A DNA stretch of 64,000 bases from an uncultured Gammaproteobacteria bacterium (GTDB lineage: Bacteria; Patescibacteriota; Patescibacteriia; SBBC01; CAIJZX01), in NCBI GenBank assembly GCA_964397195.1, contig CAYNGY010000002.1:180012-244011 (forward strand), written 5' to 3'. The position numbers and the translations under genes are program-made. A model generated the notes under the pieces. The model was not told the DNA's origin, did no database searches, and saw nothing but the letters and a program-made list of their open reading frames with translations. Shown in pieces: positions 35,101-44,976 of the stretch; the first letter of the stretch is position 1, and every line of letters begins with the position of its first letter.

Positions 35101-36345
35101 ATGTCTCGAACTGAACTCATGACCGGCCTCGATATCGGATCTTCAGCGATCCGGGTTGTTGTTGGCCAGCCGCACCCGGCGGGAGAGGGGATTCAAATCA
35201 TCGGGGCTGCCGAAGGCCCAGCGGATGGGATTGCCAAGGGCACAATCACCAGCATCGAAGAGGCGGTCTCGGCGATTTCGGCTACCCTCGAAAAAGCTGA
35301 ACGAATGACCGGCGCGCCAGTTGAGCATGCGGTGGTTAGTATCAATGGCCCGCAGATTGCGTCCCAGGATAGCCATGGGATTGTAGCGGTGGCCAAGGCG
35401 GATGGTGAGATTAAACAGAACGATGTCGATCGAGTTCTGGAGGCTGCCCAGGCCGTGGCAACGCCCCCGAACTACGAGATTCTACACCGCATCCCACGCG
35501 CCTTTACCGTCGATAACCAGCATGGCGTAAAAGACCCGATCGGCATGTCGGCCATGCGTCTCGAAGTTGATGCGCAAATCATGCAGTGTCCGACGGCGCA
35601 GATGAAGAACCTAGAAAAAACAATTTACCGGACCGGCGTGAGTATCGATGATATCGTCCTCGGTGTTTTAGCCTCCGCGGAAGCCGCGGTAACCAAACGT
35701 CAAAAAGAGTTAGGGGTGGCTCTCGTCAACATCGGTTCGTCGACGACCAGCCTTTTGGTGTTTGAAGAGGGCGATGTTCTCCATACAAAAGTATTGCCGA
35801 TCGGCGCGAGCCATGTGACCAATGACATTGCCATCGGCCTGCGGGTGTCGATTGACCTGGCGGAGAAAGTGAAGATTGAACATGGAACGGCCATGCCAGA
35901 TGATGTGCAGAAGCGCGATGATATTAATCTCTCCACACTCGGTGGTGACGATATTGCGGTGTCACGACGGCAGGTGGCCGAGATTATTGAGGCCCGGATT
36001 GAGGAAGTGTTTAAGCTTCTCGATCGTGAACTGCAACAGATTGATCGTTCGGGGTTATTGCCGGCCGGTATTATTTTGACCGGTGGTGGTGCGAAACTCC
36101 CAGGACTGGTGGAGATGGCGAAAAAAGAATTTCGTTTGCCGGCGGCTGTCGGTATGCCAGTCGGTTTCACCAGTGCGATAGAAAAAATAAATGACCCGTC
36201 GTTCACCACCGCACTCGGTTTGGCGGCGTGGGGTCTTAGTGCGCATCGAACCCAGGGTCTCCTCGGCGGCGTCGGCAATCGACTCGGAGCCGTCCGCGAT
36301 ACCGTTGGCTCGATCCGCGGATGGTTTAAGGGTTTTCTCCCGTAA
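35101..36345 (+). CDS. ftsA: Cell division protein FtsA.
   Basis: Actin-like ATPase motifs are present (GLDIGSSAIRVVVG, VNIGSSTTSLLVF, ILTGGGAKLPGL). Confidence 0.9.
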   Translation: MSRTELMTGLDIGSSAIRVVVGQPHPAGEGIQIIGAAEGPADGIAKGTITSIEEAVSAISATLEKAERMTGAPVEHAVVSINGPQIASQDSHGIVAVAKADGEIKQNDVDRVLEAAQAVATPPNYEILHRIPRAFTVDNQHGVKDPIGMSAMRLEVDAQIMQCPTAQMKNLEKTIYRTGVSIDDIVLGVLASAEAAVTKRQKELGVALVNIGSSTTSLLVFEEGDVLHTKVLPIGASHVTNDIAIGLRVSIDLAEKVKIEHGTAMPDDVQKRDDINLSTLGGDDIAVSRRQVAEIIEARIEEVFKLLDRELQQIDRSGLLPAGIILTGGGAKLPGLVEMAKKEFRLPAAVGMPVGFTSAIEKINDPSFTTALGLAAWGLSAHRTQGLLGGVGNRLGAVRDTVGSIRGWFKGFLP

Positions 36346-36408
36346 ACTCATCTGAACACCTAAAGTGTTCAGCCTCGTTCCTGTGGATTTCTTTGCTGGA
36401 AGGGGCTG

Positions 36409-36417
36409 TGGTATACT
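36409..36417 (+). promoter_or_regulatory. Extended -10 element TGgTATACT upstream of ftsZ.
   Basis: The element lies at 36409-36417. It is preceded by a perfect 8-bp hairpin CTGAACAC/GTGTTCAG at 36350-36370 in the ftsA-ftsZ spacer. Confidence 0.4.
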
Positions 36418-36426
36418 ATTGCTACC

Positions 36427-37584
36427 ATGTCACCACGACAACCGTTAGAAGTAAAACCAGACATCGAGACATTTGCCAAGATTAAGGTGGTTGGCGTTGG
36501 TGGCGCGGGCGGTTCCGCACTCAATCGGATGATGCAGCATAAAATTCGCGGCATCGAATTTATGGCAATCAATACTGATGCCCAGGCGCTTCATCACAAT
36601 AGTGCGCCGGTCAAAGTTCATATCGGCAAAACGACGACCCGTGGGCTCGGAGCGGGGATGGACCCGGAACTGGGACGCAAAGCGGCCGAAGAAGACCAAG
36701 ATGAAATTCGGGAAATGCTGAAAGACTCGGACATGGTTTTCATTACCGGCGGTCTTGGCGGCGGCACGGGCACAGGCGCGATGCCGTTGGTGGCCGAGGT
36801 GGCGCGTGATCTTGGGGCGCTGACCGTAGCGGTTGTCACCCGCCCATTTTCTTTTGAAGGCGCGCAACGAAAACAGTTCGCCGACCAAGGCTACGGTGAG
36901 CTGGTTGATAATGTCGATACCATTATTACGATTCCAAACGATCGGTTACTGCAGATCATTGATAAGAAGACATCGTTACTTGAGTCCTTCCAAGTGGTTG
37001 ACGATGTGTTGCGTCAGGGTATCCAAGGAATCGCCGAGTTGATTACGGTTCCCGGATTGATCAACGTCGATTTCGCTGACGTCAAAGCGATTATGAAAGA
37101 TCAGGGTACGGCCCTGATGGGAATTGGTCGCGGCACCGGTGAGAACCGAGCAGTTGATGCGGCGAAAGCAGCGATTGATTCGCCACTGTTGGAAATTCCG
37201 ATCGATGGTGCAAAAGGTATTCTCTTTACCGTTACGGCCGGCACAAGCATCAGCATGTACGAGGTGAACGAGGCGGCACGAGTCATTACTCAATCGGCTG
37301 ATCCGAATGCCAAAATTATTTTTGGTGCGGTGATTGACGAAGATCTGAAGGATGAAGTGAAGGTCACGGTCATCGCGACAGGTTTTGGCAAAGGCGTGCC
37401 TCGTCCAACAAAGAAAGTCATGCCAGCGTCGACGCCATTTGAAACGCAAATGGAGCGACCAAAACCGACGCCGACCATGGCGGCTCCGATGCAGTCACCG
37501 ACGCCAATGGTCAAGCCAACCCCAAAACCGGCACCGGAGAATGATCTGGAGATCCCGGCGTTCATTCGGAAGAAGATGATGTAA
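36427..37584 (+). CDS. ftsZ: Cell division GTPase FtsZ.
   Basis: The tubulin signature GGGTGTG is present, along with NTDAQAL and a C-terminal DLEIPAFIRKK peptide (the FtsA/ZipA-binding tail). Confidence 0.95.
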   Translation: MSPRQPLEVKPDIETFAKIKVVGVGGAGGSALNRMMQHKIRGIEFMAINTDAQALHHNSAPVKVHIGKTTTRGLGAGMDPELGRKAAEEDQDEIREMLKDSDMVFITGGLGGGTGTGAMPLVAEVARDLGALTVAVVTRPFSFEGAQRKQFADQGYGELVDNVDTIITIPNDRLLQIIDKKTSLLESFQVVDDVLRQGIQGIAELITVPGLINVDFADVKAIMKDQGTALMGIGRGTGENRAVDAAKAAIDSPLLEIPIDGAKGILFTVTAGTSISMYEVNEAARVITQSADPNAKIIFGAVIDEDLKDEVKVTVIATGFGKGVPRPTKKVMPASTPFETQMERPKPTPTMAAPMQSPTPMVKPTPKPAPENDLEIPAFIRKKMM

Positions 37585-37594
37585 CTGGACGCAT

Positions 37595-39109
37595 ATGGCG
37601 TCCATTATCCAGGGGCATGCCCGTCGATGGTTGACGGTTTTTTTGTTTGTAGCGATGATTGGGTTTACCGGCTGGTATGGCTGGCAATGTGGATTGAATG
37701 CCAGTGTGGCCGATGTTGCTTCTCAGGATTTACCGCATGCCTGGCAAACGGTTTGGAATGTCGCCCATGGCCATGGTTTTCGGTACACCGATCTGTTACG
37801 GCAGCTCGATCTGCCGCGGTTGTCGGCGCACGCTGATTACATCTTATTAGGATTGGCGCCCTTGGCGCGGGTCTGGTCAGACTATATGATCCTCGTTTGG
37901 GTTCAGGCTGCCGTCGTTGCTTCAGGCGCTTTGGCGGTGTGGCGGATTAGCCGACGCTGGGTTAATGCGGATGGCTGGAGTTTCGGTCTCAGCCTGGCCT
38001 ATCTCCTGAATGGCCCGTTGCAGTTTGCGGTCACATTCCAGTTTCACGCCATCACCTTGGCGGTCGGCTTTATCCTCTGGATGGCTGAGGCGGTGGTCTA
38101 TCGGCGACGGTGGTGGGTGATAGGATTGTGGTTGTTGTTGGCACTCTGCACAAAAGAGCAGGTCGGGTTGATTGTCGGGCCACTCATTTGGTGGCTAGCG
38201 GCAACTGAAGGAAAAAAGTCCCTGGGGTATCTTTTCGGGGCGGTGGCGGTACTATGGAGTACCGTCCATTTTGTCTGGATAATTCCGGCGATGCGTACAA
38301 CGGGTGGCCCGCATTTATTCTGGGAGTTTTATTATGGTTCACTTGGTGATACACCGCGAGCGATACTCCCGCGCCTGATGCAACCGATGGAGCTGTGGTC
38401 ACGACTGGTGTCTTGGTCGCAAGTCGGACGCGGAGTCGCTCTCCTCGTGCCGTTCGCCGGTCTATCTCTCGGCTCACCATTGATCCTTCTGGCCGCCGCC
38501 GCCTGGGTACCACATGCGCTTGGTGATTCGGAAGCCGTCCGTTCTCTCTATTATCAGAATCAGGCTTTGGCCATTCCGATTTTGACGCTGGCCGCCATCG
38601 ATACCGTTCGTCGTCTTTCTCGTTGGGCGCGCTGGCCGCGTTTTCAGCTGCCGGCTCTTCTTGGCGGACTGGTACTGCTGACGATTGGTAGCGGCATATT
38701 TAGCCCGAATCCATGGAGCGCGGTCTATCGGCCCGTTTTTCGCGCCGGCGATGATCGGGTAGAGATTTTTCAGACGATGGATCGCCTGATTCCGGCGTCA
38801 GCCGTGGTGGCGGTGTCATGGGGCTTGCCCCCGACATTCCGGGATCACCCGACGGTGTACGTACTCCCGGCTGGCGTGGCCCAGGCGGAGTATGTTGTGG
38901 TGGGCGTCAGTGCGCTGGAGACGCTCCGGACCTACGCTCCGGCCTATGCGTCCGACCTTCGCGACTATTTTGACCATTCAGTGGCGTTTATGCCGGTCAT
39001 TCGCTATGCTGATGTAGTCTTGTACCGGCGCGTGCCCGGTGTGACCCCGGAGCCGCTCCCAGCCGGTTTTCATGACCCGACCCTCAATCGATATTGGTCT
39101 CATCCGTAA
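37595..39109 (+). CDS. Large polytopic membrane protein, paralog A of a tandem pair (DUF2079-like, possibly a glycosyltransferase-type membrane protein).
   Basis: More than ten hydrophobic segments are present. It shares blocks with the next gene (HAWQTVWNVAHGHGFRYT vs MSQTVWRAGHGYGFSFT; NGPLQFAVTFQFHAITLAV vs YAPLQFAVIFEFHAVTLAI; CTKEQVGL vs MKEQVGV). Confidence 0.5.
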   Translation: MASIIQGHARRWLTVFLFVAMIGFTGWYGWQCGLNASVADVASQDLPHAWQTVWNVAHGHGFRYTDLLRQLDLPRLSAHADYILLGLAPLARVWSDYMILVWVQAAVVASGALAVWRISRRWVNADGWSFGLSLAYLLNGPLQFAVTFQFHAITLAVGFILWMAEAVVYRRRWWVIGLWLLLALCTKEQVGLIVGPLIWWLAATEGKKSLGYLFGAVAVLWSTVHFVWIIPAMRTTGGPHLFWEFYYGSLGDTPRAILPRLMQPMELWSRLVSWSQVGRGVALLVPFAGLSLGSPLILLAAAAWVPHALGDSEAVRSLYYQNQALAIPILTLAAIDTVRRLSRWARWPRFQLPALLGGLVLLTIGSGIFSPNPWSAVYRPVFRAGDDRVEIFQTMDRLIPASAVVAVSWGLPPTFRDHPTVYVLPAGVAQAEYVVVGVSALETLRTYAPAYASDLRDYFDHSVAFMPVIRYADVVLYRRVPGVTPEPLPAGFHDPTLNRYWSHP

Positions 39110-39111
39110 CT

Positions 39112-40647
39112 ATGAAACGCTCAACGTTCTTCCGCCAGGCGCCGATATGGATTGTCGTGGGAGCGATGATTGTTTACGCTGTGTTTTGGTCATGGTTTAC
39201 GATTGGCCGGGCGGCTAATTACACGGCCGGGTGGTACGATCTGGGAATTATGAGCCAAACGGTGTGGCGAGCTGGGCATGGGTATGGTTTTAGCTTCACG
39301 AACCCGGAAATGGGCGCCAATGGTCAGCATGGCTTGGAAACGGTCCGAACCGCTATTCATACCGACTACATCCTCTGGCTCCTTGGCCCCCTTTCGTGGG
39401 TCGGGACGACGTGGAAGAACCTGTTGGCGCTTCAGGCCGTGGTGGTGGCCCTTGGGGCTTGGTTCATCTTTCGCCTCGGTCGACGATTCCTTGATTCCGC
39501 CTGGTGGGGCTGCGGCCTCGGATTGGTGTATTTGCTCTATGCGCCATTGCAATTCGCGGTCATTTTTGAGTTTCATGCGGTGACGCTGGCTATTTTGTGC
39601 ATTCTTGCGGCGGCCGATGCGATTGTCGGCAAGCGCCCACGTTTGGCGTGGGTGTGGGTGGCGCTCGCCCTGATCATGAAAGAGCAGGTTGGCGTTACGC
39701 TGGGGCTCATGACCGGGTGGTTATGGTGGCGTCAGCATCAACGGCGACAAGCTATCCTGATGGCCGCGGTCTGTTGGATCTACGCCATCGTCCAGTTGGT
39801 CGTAATTATTCCGGCGTCGCGTCCGAATCTACCGGCCAGTTTCGTGTCAGGGAAGTTCTACTCGGCCGAGGAGGGGAGTTTGGCCATGGTCAAGCGTTTA
39901 TGGCCGCCTCAGGCCGCGTGGAACCGCCTGGTGACCGCCCAGCATCGTTCCGACCTGACCCAGCTCTTTGTACCGCTCGGCGGGGTTATCCCGCTCTTGA
40001 GCCCGGTGACCTATTTTATGATGCCGGAGGCGCTGGTCTACTGGCTATCGGATAGCCCGAACCAGCAGACGCTCTATCTGCACTATCAGGCCCTGTTCAT
40101 TCCATGCCTGTTCCTTGGGCTGTTGTTTGGTTTGCACTGGATCCGGCGTCGTTTTGGGCGCTGGTGGTGGCCATGGGCATCTTGGGCGTCAATATTCTTG
40201 ATTGTAGCCGGGTCGGTCTGGATGCTCCGGGTGGCGAGTCCATTGCCGTGGAGCCCGATGACTCGCTGGCCGTTAGTGGCCTGGAAAGAGCGTCAGAGCC
40301 CCGACGTGCAGGCGGCGCTGGCATTGTTGCCAAAAGATGCGTCCGTGGCCGTCACGCAAAATCTGGGGCCACAGGCGAGCGAGCGGCCGCGAGTGACCCT
40401 GCTGCCAACGGGAGCGGGGACGGAGCGCTTCCTATTGATACTCCAGCGTTCTTTTGACCCGGCGGTGCGGTCGAATGATAAGCGCTATGCCGAACGGACG
40501 ATGCTCGAACAGCTGTTGGCTTGGGTTGAGGCACAGCCAGCGTCGTTTACTGTGCGATATCACGTCGATCGGGTCTGGTTGATCGAGCGAATCGGCACGC
40601 CGACGCTCCCAGAGCCAACATGGCCAGATAATTTATTAGGTCGGTAG
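39112..40647 (+). CDS. Large polytopic membrane protein, paralog B of the tandem pair.
   Basis: See paralog A. The start was chosen at MKRSTFF, just after the upstream stop. Confidence 0.5.
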   Translation: MKRSTFFRQAPIWIVVGAMIVYAVFWSWFTIGRAANYTAGWYDLGIMSQTVWRAGHGYGFSFTNPEMGANGQHGLETVRTAIHTDYILWLLGPLSWVGTTWKNLLALQAVVVALGAWFIFRLGRRFLDSAWWGCGLGLVYLLYAPLQFAVIFEFHAVTLAILCILAAADAIVGKRPRLAWVWVALALIMKEQVGVTLGLMTGWLWWRQHQRRQAILMAAVCWIYAIVQLVVIIPASRPNLPASFVSGKFYSAEEGSLAMVKRLWPPQAAWNRLVTAQHRSDLTQLFVPLGGVIPLLSPVTYFMMPEALVYWLSDSPNQQTLYLHYQALFIPCLFLGLLFGLHWIRRRFGRWWWPWASWASIFLIVAGSVWMLRVASPLPWSPMTRWPLVAWKERQSPDVQAALALLPKDASVAVTQNLGPQASERPRVTLLPTGAGTERFLLILQRSFDPAVRSNDKRYAERTMLEQLLAWVEAQPASFTVRYHVDRVWLIERIGTPTLPEPTWPDNLLGR

Positions 40648-40722
40648 GTTTTTCCACAACGCCGCTCGGTCGGAACGTCGGAAAATATTGTCGGACGTAA
40701 AAAAACCCAAAAAACCGCCCCT

Positions 40723-40752
40723 TTGACCGACCACTACATGTAGTGGTATCTT
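40723..40752 (+). promoter_or_regulatory. Promoter of nrdR-nrdJ: -35 TTGACC, a 17/18-nt spacer, and -10 TATCTT. NrdR box 1 sits in the spacer.
   Basis: TTGACC lies at 40723-40728. A -10-like hexamer is around 40746-40752. Confidence 0.4.
40731..40746. promoter_or_regulatory. NrdR box 1: the perfect 16-bp palindrome CCACTACATGTAGTGG.
   Basis: The palindrome is perfect and fits the NrdR-box consensus acaCTAtATaTAGtgt. It overlaps the promoter spacer upstream of nrdR. Confidence 0.6.
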
Positions 40753-40763
40753 ACCCACATCCA

Positions 40764-40779
40764 GTACGAGATGTAGTGT
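40764..40779. promoter_or_regulatory. NrdR box 2, half-degenerate: GTACGAGATGTAGTGT.
   Basis: It shares the half-site ATGTAGTG with box 1 and is offset 33 bp from it, which is about three helical turns. Confidence 0.4.
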
Positions 40780-40914
40780 TGTACCAGAATGGTCAGCAAT
40801 CCGCGCGGCGAACATAACACCAAAGAATAGTTTTTCTCGACTTGTCTCCGCCAGTATGGCCGGCGTTCTTCGTTCTGCCCGAACTGACCCGACCGGTTAG
40901 ACCCCAATATCCGT

Positions 40915-41385
40915 ATGAAATGCCCATCTTGCCACCACGACGATACCAGCGTCCTCGATTCACGCCTGACGGAAGAGGGATTCTCCATTCGACGCCGGCG
41001 GGAGTGTGATCGATGCGGACATCGGTTTTCCACGATCGAGGAGGTGGAAATCCTGAACTTAATGGTGGTGAAACGTGATGGTCGACGGGAGCCATATAGC
41101 CGGGATAAGCTGGAAATGGGCCTACGCAAGTCCTTGGAAAAGCGCCCCATTACCGCGGATCGCTTTAAAAAGCTGGTTGGTCTCATCGAGCGGGATATCC
41201 AGTTGCGCGGGCGGACGGAAATCACCTCGGCGCAGATTGGTGAGGTGACGATGAAGCGATTACAGAAGTTCGACATGATCGCCTACATCCGATTCGCTTC
41301 GGTCTACCGTCAATTCAAAGACGCCGAGTCCTTTCAGCAGGAACTCAACCGGCTTTTACCGAAGCGACCAAAACGAACGTCATAA
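40915..41385 (+). CDS. nrdR: Transcriptional repressor NrdR.
   Basis: The N-terminal zinc ribbon is MKCPSCHHDDTSVLDSR...CDRCGHRFSTIE. An ATP-cone follows. Confidence 0.9.
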   Translation: MKCPSCHHDDTSVLDSRLTEEGFSIRRRRECDRCGHRFSTIEEVEILNLMVVKRDGRREPYSRDKLEMGLRKSLEKRPITADRFKKLVGLIERDIQLRGRTEITSAQIGEVTMKRLQKFDMIAYIRFASVYRQFKDAESFQQELNRLLPKRPKRTS

Positions 41386-41419
41386 TTTTACTCTTCAATC
41401 ACTCACTCCTCGTCATCGT

Positions 41420-44400
41420 ATGTCGACACTGTCTTCCACGCTCACCTCGACCACAACTTCTTCGCGCGCTGAGGACCGTCGGCCATTGCCGGTGCCAGCC
41501 CGCAAAGGTCGGGGATTAAAAATTGAGCGGCGGTACACCATGGCGGGACAGGACCCGCTCGATCAGGTGCAGTATGAGAAGCGTTCGTCGATTATTAAGA
41601 ACCCGGACGGGAAAGTGATTAAAGAAATCCCGGTGGTGGAGGTACCGGTGACGTGGAGTCAGGTGGCGAGTGATATTTTGGCGCAAAAGTATTTCCGGAA
41701 AGCCGGTGTGCCGCTGACCGACGATCAGGGTCAGCCAATCGTGGACGCCGAAGGGCGGCGGAAGCTTGGTTCGGAGACGAGCGCGAAGCAGGTAGTGCGC
41801 CGCTTAGCCGGGACGTGGCAACACTGGGGTGAAACGCACGGCTACTTCGCGTCGAGTGATGATGCGCAGGCTTTTCAGGACGAGATGGAGTACATGCTGA
41901 TTCGGCAGATGGGCGCGCCGAATTCACCGCAGTGGTTTAATACCGGATTACATTGGGCGTATGGAATTACGGGCGAGCCGCAAGGACACTACTATGTCGA
42001 CCCGCAGACCGGTGTATTGACCGTCTCGGCCGATGCCTATACCCACCCACAACCGCACGCCTGTTTTATTCAACGAATCAAAGATGATTTAGTGAATGAT
42101 GGCGGGATATTTGATTTGGTGACCCGCGAAGCGCGACTGTTTAAATTCGGCTCGGGGACGGGGAGTAATTTTTCGGCGCTCCGTGGTCGCGGGGAACGGC
42201 TCTCCGGCGGCGGCCAGAGCTCGGGGATGATGTCATTTCTGAAAATTTTTGATCGCTCGGCCGGGGCCATTCAATCCGGGGGCACGACCCGACGCGCGGC
42301 GAAAATGGTGATCGTAAACGCCGATCATCCGGACGTCCAAGAATTTGTGCAATGGAAAGTTGTCGAAGAAAAAAAGGTTGCCGATCTGGTGACCGGGAGT
42401 CAAATGAATGCGCGGGAGTTGAATGAAGTGATGCGAGTCGCCGTGGCCGAGAAATCTACCGACTTTACTCGGAATACGCGCTTGAAACAGGCCGTGCAAC
42501 ATGCGGTTCGACGTCGCGTCCCGCTTAGTTATATTCACCGCGTCTTGGCGTTAGCCGATCAGGGGCAAACGGAATTCGACATGGCGACCTACTCAACGCA
42601 TTTTGAAGATGAAGCGTACAACACGGTATCCGGACAGAACTCGAACAACACCGTCCGCGTCACCAACGACTACATGACCGCCGTTGAGCGCGATGAGGCC
42701 TGGCACTTGCGCTGGCGAACAAACAATGAGGTCGCGCGAACGATTCAGGCGCGTCACCTGTGGGACGAAATCGCTTTTGCCTCGTGGTCGTGCGCTGATC
42801 CGGGATTGCAATTTGATACGACGATTAATGAGTGGCACACCTGCCCGGAAGATGGGCGAATCAACGGGTCAAATCCGTGTTCGGAATATATGTTCCTCGA
42901 TGACACGGCCTGTAACTTGGCGTCCATCAATCTCGCCCACTTCTACAATCCGGAAACCGGCATTTTCGATGTTGACGCGTTTAAACATGCGTCACGCATT
43001 TGGACGATTACCTTGGAAATTTCCGTGTTGATGGCGCAGTTTCCGGGGAAGGAGATTGCCGAGCTGTCGTATCTCTACCGAACACTCGGACTCGGGTACG
43101 CCAACCTCGGAACGGTCTTGATGATGATGGGGATACCGTACGACTCGCCGCAGGCCTTAGCGGTGGCCGGATCGTTGTCGGCAATTATGACCGGCGAGGC
43201 CTACGCGACGAGCGCGGAAATGGCCGCCCATCTCGGGGCCTTCCCGAACTACGAGCGGAATGCCGAGCATATGCTACGCGTGATTCGTAATCATCGCCGC
43301 GCGGCGTATAACGCACCGGACGGTGAGTACGAAGGACTGACGATTAAACCGATGGGGATTGCGCCGGAGGTGACGCCGGAATACCTCCTGAAGGCCGCCC
43401 GTGATGCATGGGATCGCGCCTTGCAATGGGGGAAGGAACATGGGTTCCGCAATGCCCAGGTGACGGTCATCGCGCCGACCGGGACGATCGGCCTGGTGAT
43501 GGATTGTGACACGACGGGCGTCGAGCCGGATTTCGCCATCGTCAAATTCAAAAAGTTGGCCGGCGGCGGATACTTCAAGATCGTCAATCAATCGGTGAAC
43601 AAAGCGCTGAAGCGACTCGGATATTCTGAGCAGCAGATTGCCGATATCGAATTATATAGTCGGGGTCATAATACGCTGGTTGGGGCGCCGTACGTGAATC
43701 ATGAGACACTCAAAGCGAAAGGCCTTCAGGGTGACGAGCTGGCGCGAATTGAAAAAGCACTCGATGGTGCCTTTGACATTCGGTTCGTCATCACACCGAC
43801 GCTCCTCGGCGCCGCGACCCTCGAGCGACTCGGATTTGGGGCCAGTAGCGCGAATCTCGGGATCGCCCTGCTCGAAGGACTTGGATTTACAAAAGAAGAG
43901 ATTGCGGCGGCGAATGAATATGTGGCCGGGACGATGACGATTGAGGGCGCACCGCACTTAAAACTTGAGCACTACCCGATCTTTGACTGTGCGAACCGCT
44001 GTGGTGTCAAAGGCAAGCGGTACATCGCCTACAACGCCCATATCAAAATGATGGCGGCGGTCCAGCCGTTCATCTCGGGCGCGATTTCGAAGACCATTAA
44101 CATGCCGGCCGAGGCGACGATTGAAGAGGTGAAACAGGTCCACTGGGATGCTTGGAAAATGATGATCAAGGCGATCGCGCTCTATCGCGACGGGTCGAAA
44201 CTTTCACAACCGCTGAATAGTACCTCAGCCGATGATGAATCGTTACTGGTCGGCTTGGAGGATCAAGATACCGACCCAGTGGTCACACCACAGCAGATCC
44301 AGGACGTGGCGGCGGTGCGCGCGGTGAAACAGAAACTTCCGCCGAAGCGGGTCGGCTGGACGCAGGAAGCAGTTGTCGGCGGACATAAGATATTTATCCG

Positions 44401-44926
44401 CACCGGTGAATATAACGACGGTCGGCTGGGTGAGGTCTTTATCGACATGTACAAAGACGGCGCGGCGTATCGCTCGCTCATTAACTGCTTTGCGATTCTG
44501 GTTTCGAAGAGCCTCCAGTACGGCATGCCGCTGGAAGAATTGGTCGACACCTTCACCTTTACTCGCTTTGAACCGGCCGGACCGGTACAGGGCCATCCGA
44601 ACATCAAGATGTCGACGAGCGTCCTCGACTACATCTTCCGCTTGCTCGGGTACGAATATCTTAATCGTGAAGACTTAGTGCAGGTCAAACCGAATCATGA
44701 TCAACCGATCCAAACCGAATTGCCGATGGCGGCCGCGACCGCGGTGGTCAAAAAGCCGGAGGAGCGTCAGGTGACTATGAGCGCAACGGAACCGGATGGA
44801 CGCCAAACCGCCCGGGCCCAAGGTTTTACCGGTGACACCTGTACAAATTGCGGGTCGATGAAAATGAAGCGCAATGGATCATGTCTCGTCTGCATTGAGT
44901 GTGGGACGACAACCGGCTGTAGTTGA
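41420..44926 (+). CDS. nrdJ: Class II (adenosylcobalamin-dependent) ribonucleoside-diphosphate/triphosphate reductase NrdJ, with a C-terminal Zn ribbon.
   Basis: It is 1168 aa long with RNR-barrel signatures. The C-terminus reads CTNCGSMKMKRNGSCLVCIECG. It is co-located with nrdR and a B12 adenosyltransferase. Confidence 0.85.
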   Translation: MSTLSSTLTSTTTSSRAEDRRPLPVPARKGRGLKIERRYTMAGQDPLDQVQYEKRSSIIKNPDGKVIKEIPVVEVPVTWSQVASDILAQKYFRKAGVPLTDDQGQPIVDAEGRRKLGSETSAKQVVRRLAGTWQHWGETHGYFASSDDAQAFQDEMEYMLIRQMGAPNSPQWFNTGLHWAYGITGEPQGHYYVDPQTGVLTVSADAYTHPQPHACFIQRIKDDLVNDGGIFDLVTREARLFKFGSGTGSNFSALRGRGERLSGGGQSSGMMSFLKIFDRSAGAIQSGGTTRRAAKMVIVNADHPDVQEFVQWKVVEEKKVADLVTGSQMNARELNEVMRVAVAEKSTDFTRNTRLKQAVQHAVRRRVPLSYIHRVLALADQGQTEFDMATYSTHFEDEAYNTVSGQNSNNTVRVTNDYMTAVERDEAWHLRWRTNNEVARTIQARHLWDEIAFASWSCADPGLQFDTTINEWHTCPEDGRINGSNPCSEYMFLDDTACNLASINLAHFYNPETGIFDVDAFKHASRIWTITLEISVLMAQFPGKEIAELSYLYRTLGLGYANLGTVLMMMGIPYDSPQALAVAGSLSAIMTGEAYATSAEMAAHLGAFPNYERNAEHMLRVIRNHRRAAYNAPDGEYEGLTIKPMGIAPEVTPEYLLKAARDAWDRALQWGKEHGFRNAQVTVIAPTGTIGLVMDCDTTGVEPDFAIVKFKKLAGGGYFKIVNQSVNKALKRLGYSEQQIADIELYSRGHNTLVGAPYVNHETLKAKGLQGDELARIEKALDGAFDIRFVITPTLLGAATLERLGFGASSANLGIALLEGLGFTKEEIAAANEYVAGTMTIEGAPHLKLEHYPIFDCANRCGVKGKRYIAYNAHIKMMAAVQPFISGAISKTINMPAEATIEEVKQVHWDAWKMMIKAIALYRDGSKLSQPLNSTSADDESLLVGLEDQDTDPVVTPQQIQDVAAVRAVKQKLPPKRVGWTQEAVVGGHKIFIRTGEYNDGRLGEVFIDMYKDGAAYRSLINCFAILVSKSLQYGMPLEELVDTFTFTRFEPAGPVQGHPNIKMSTSVLDYIFRLLGYEYLNREDLVQVKPNHDQPIQTELPMAAATAVVKKPEERQVTMSATEPDGRQTARAQGFTGDTCTNCGSMKMKRNGSCLVCIECGTTTGCS

Positions 44927-44946
44927 CGCAGGCAATGTGAGTGGTC

Positions 44947-44976
44947 GTTCTTCTTCTGCGCGGCCAGAAGAAGAAC
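44947..44976 (+). terminator. Perfect 12-bp hairpin (GTTCTTCTTCTG / CAGAAGAAGAAC, 6-nt loop) immediately downstream of nrdJ. No U-tract follows.
   Basis: Seen directly in the sequence. A second hairpin with a 12-bp stem, CCGCGACCAGCA/TGCTGGTCGCGG, lies at 44989-45055. Confidence 0.3.

Noticed and set aside
40734-41276. A 180-aa - strand ORF antisense to nrdR.
   Set aside because: It is fully antisense to a gene with an unmistakable NrdR zinc-ribbon/ATP-cone sequence, and shows no independent signals.
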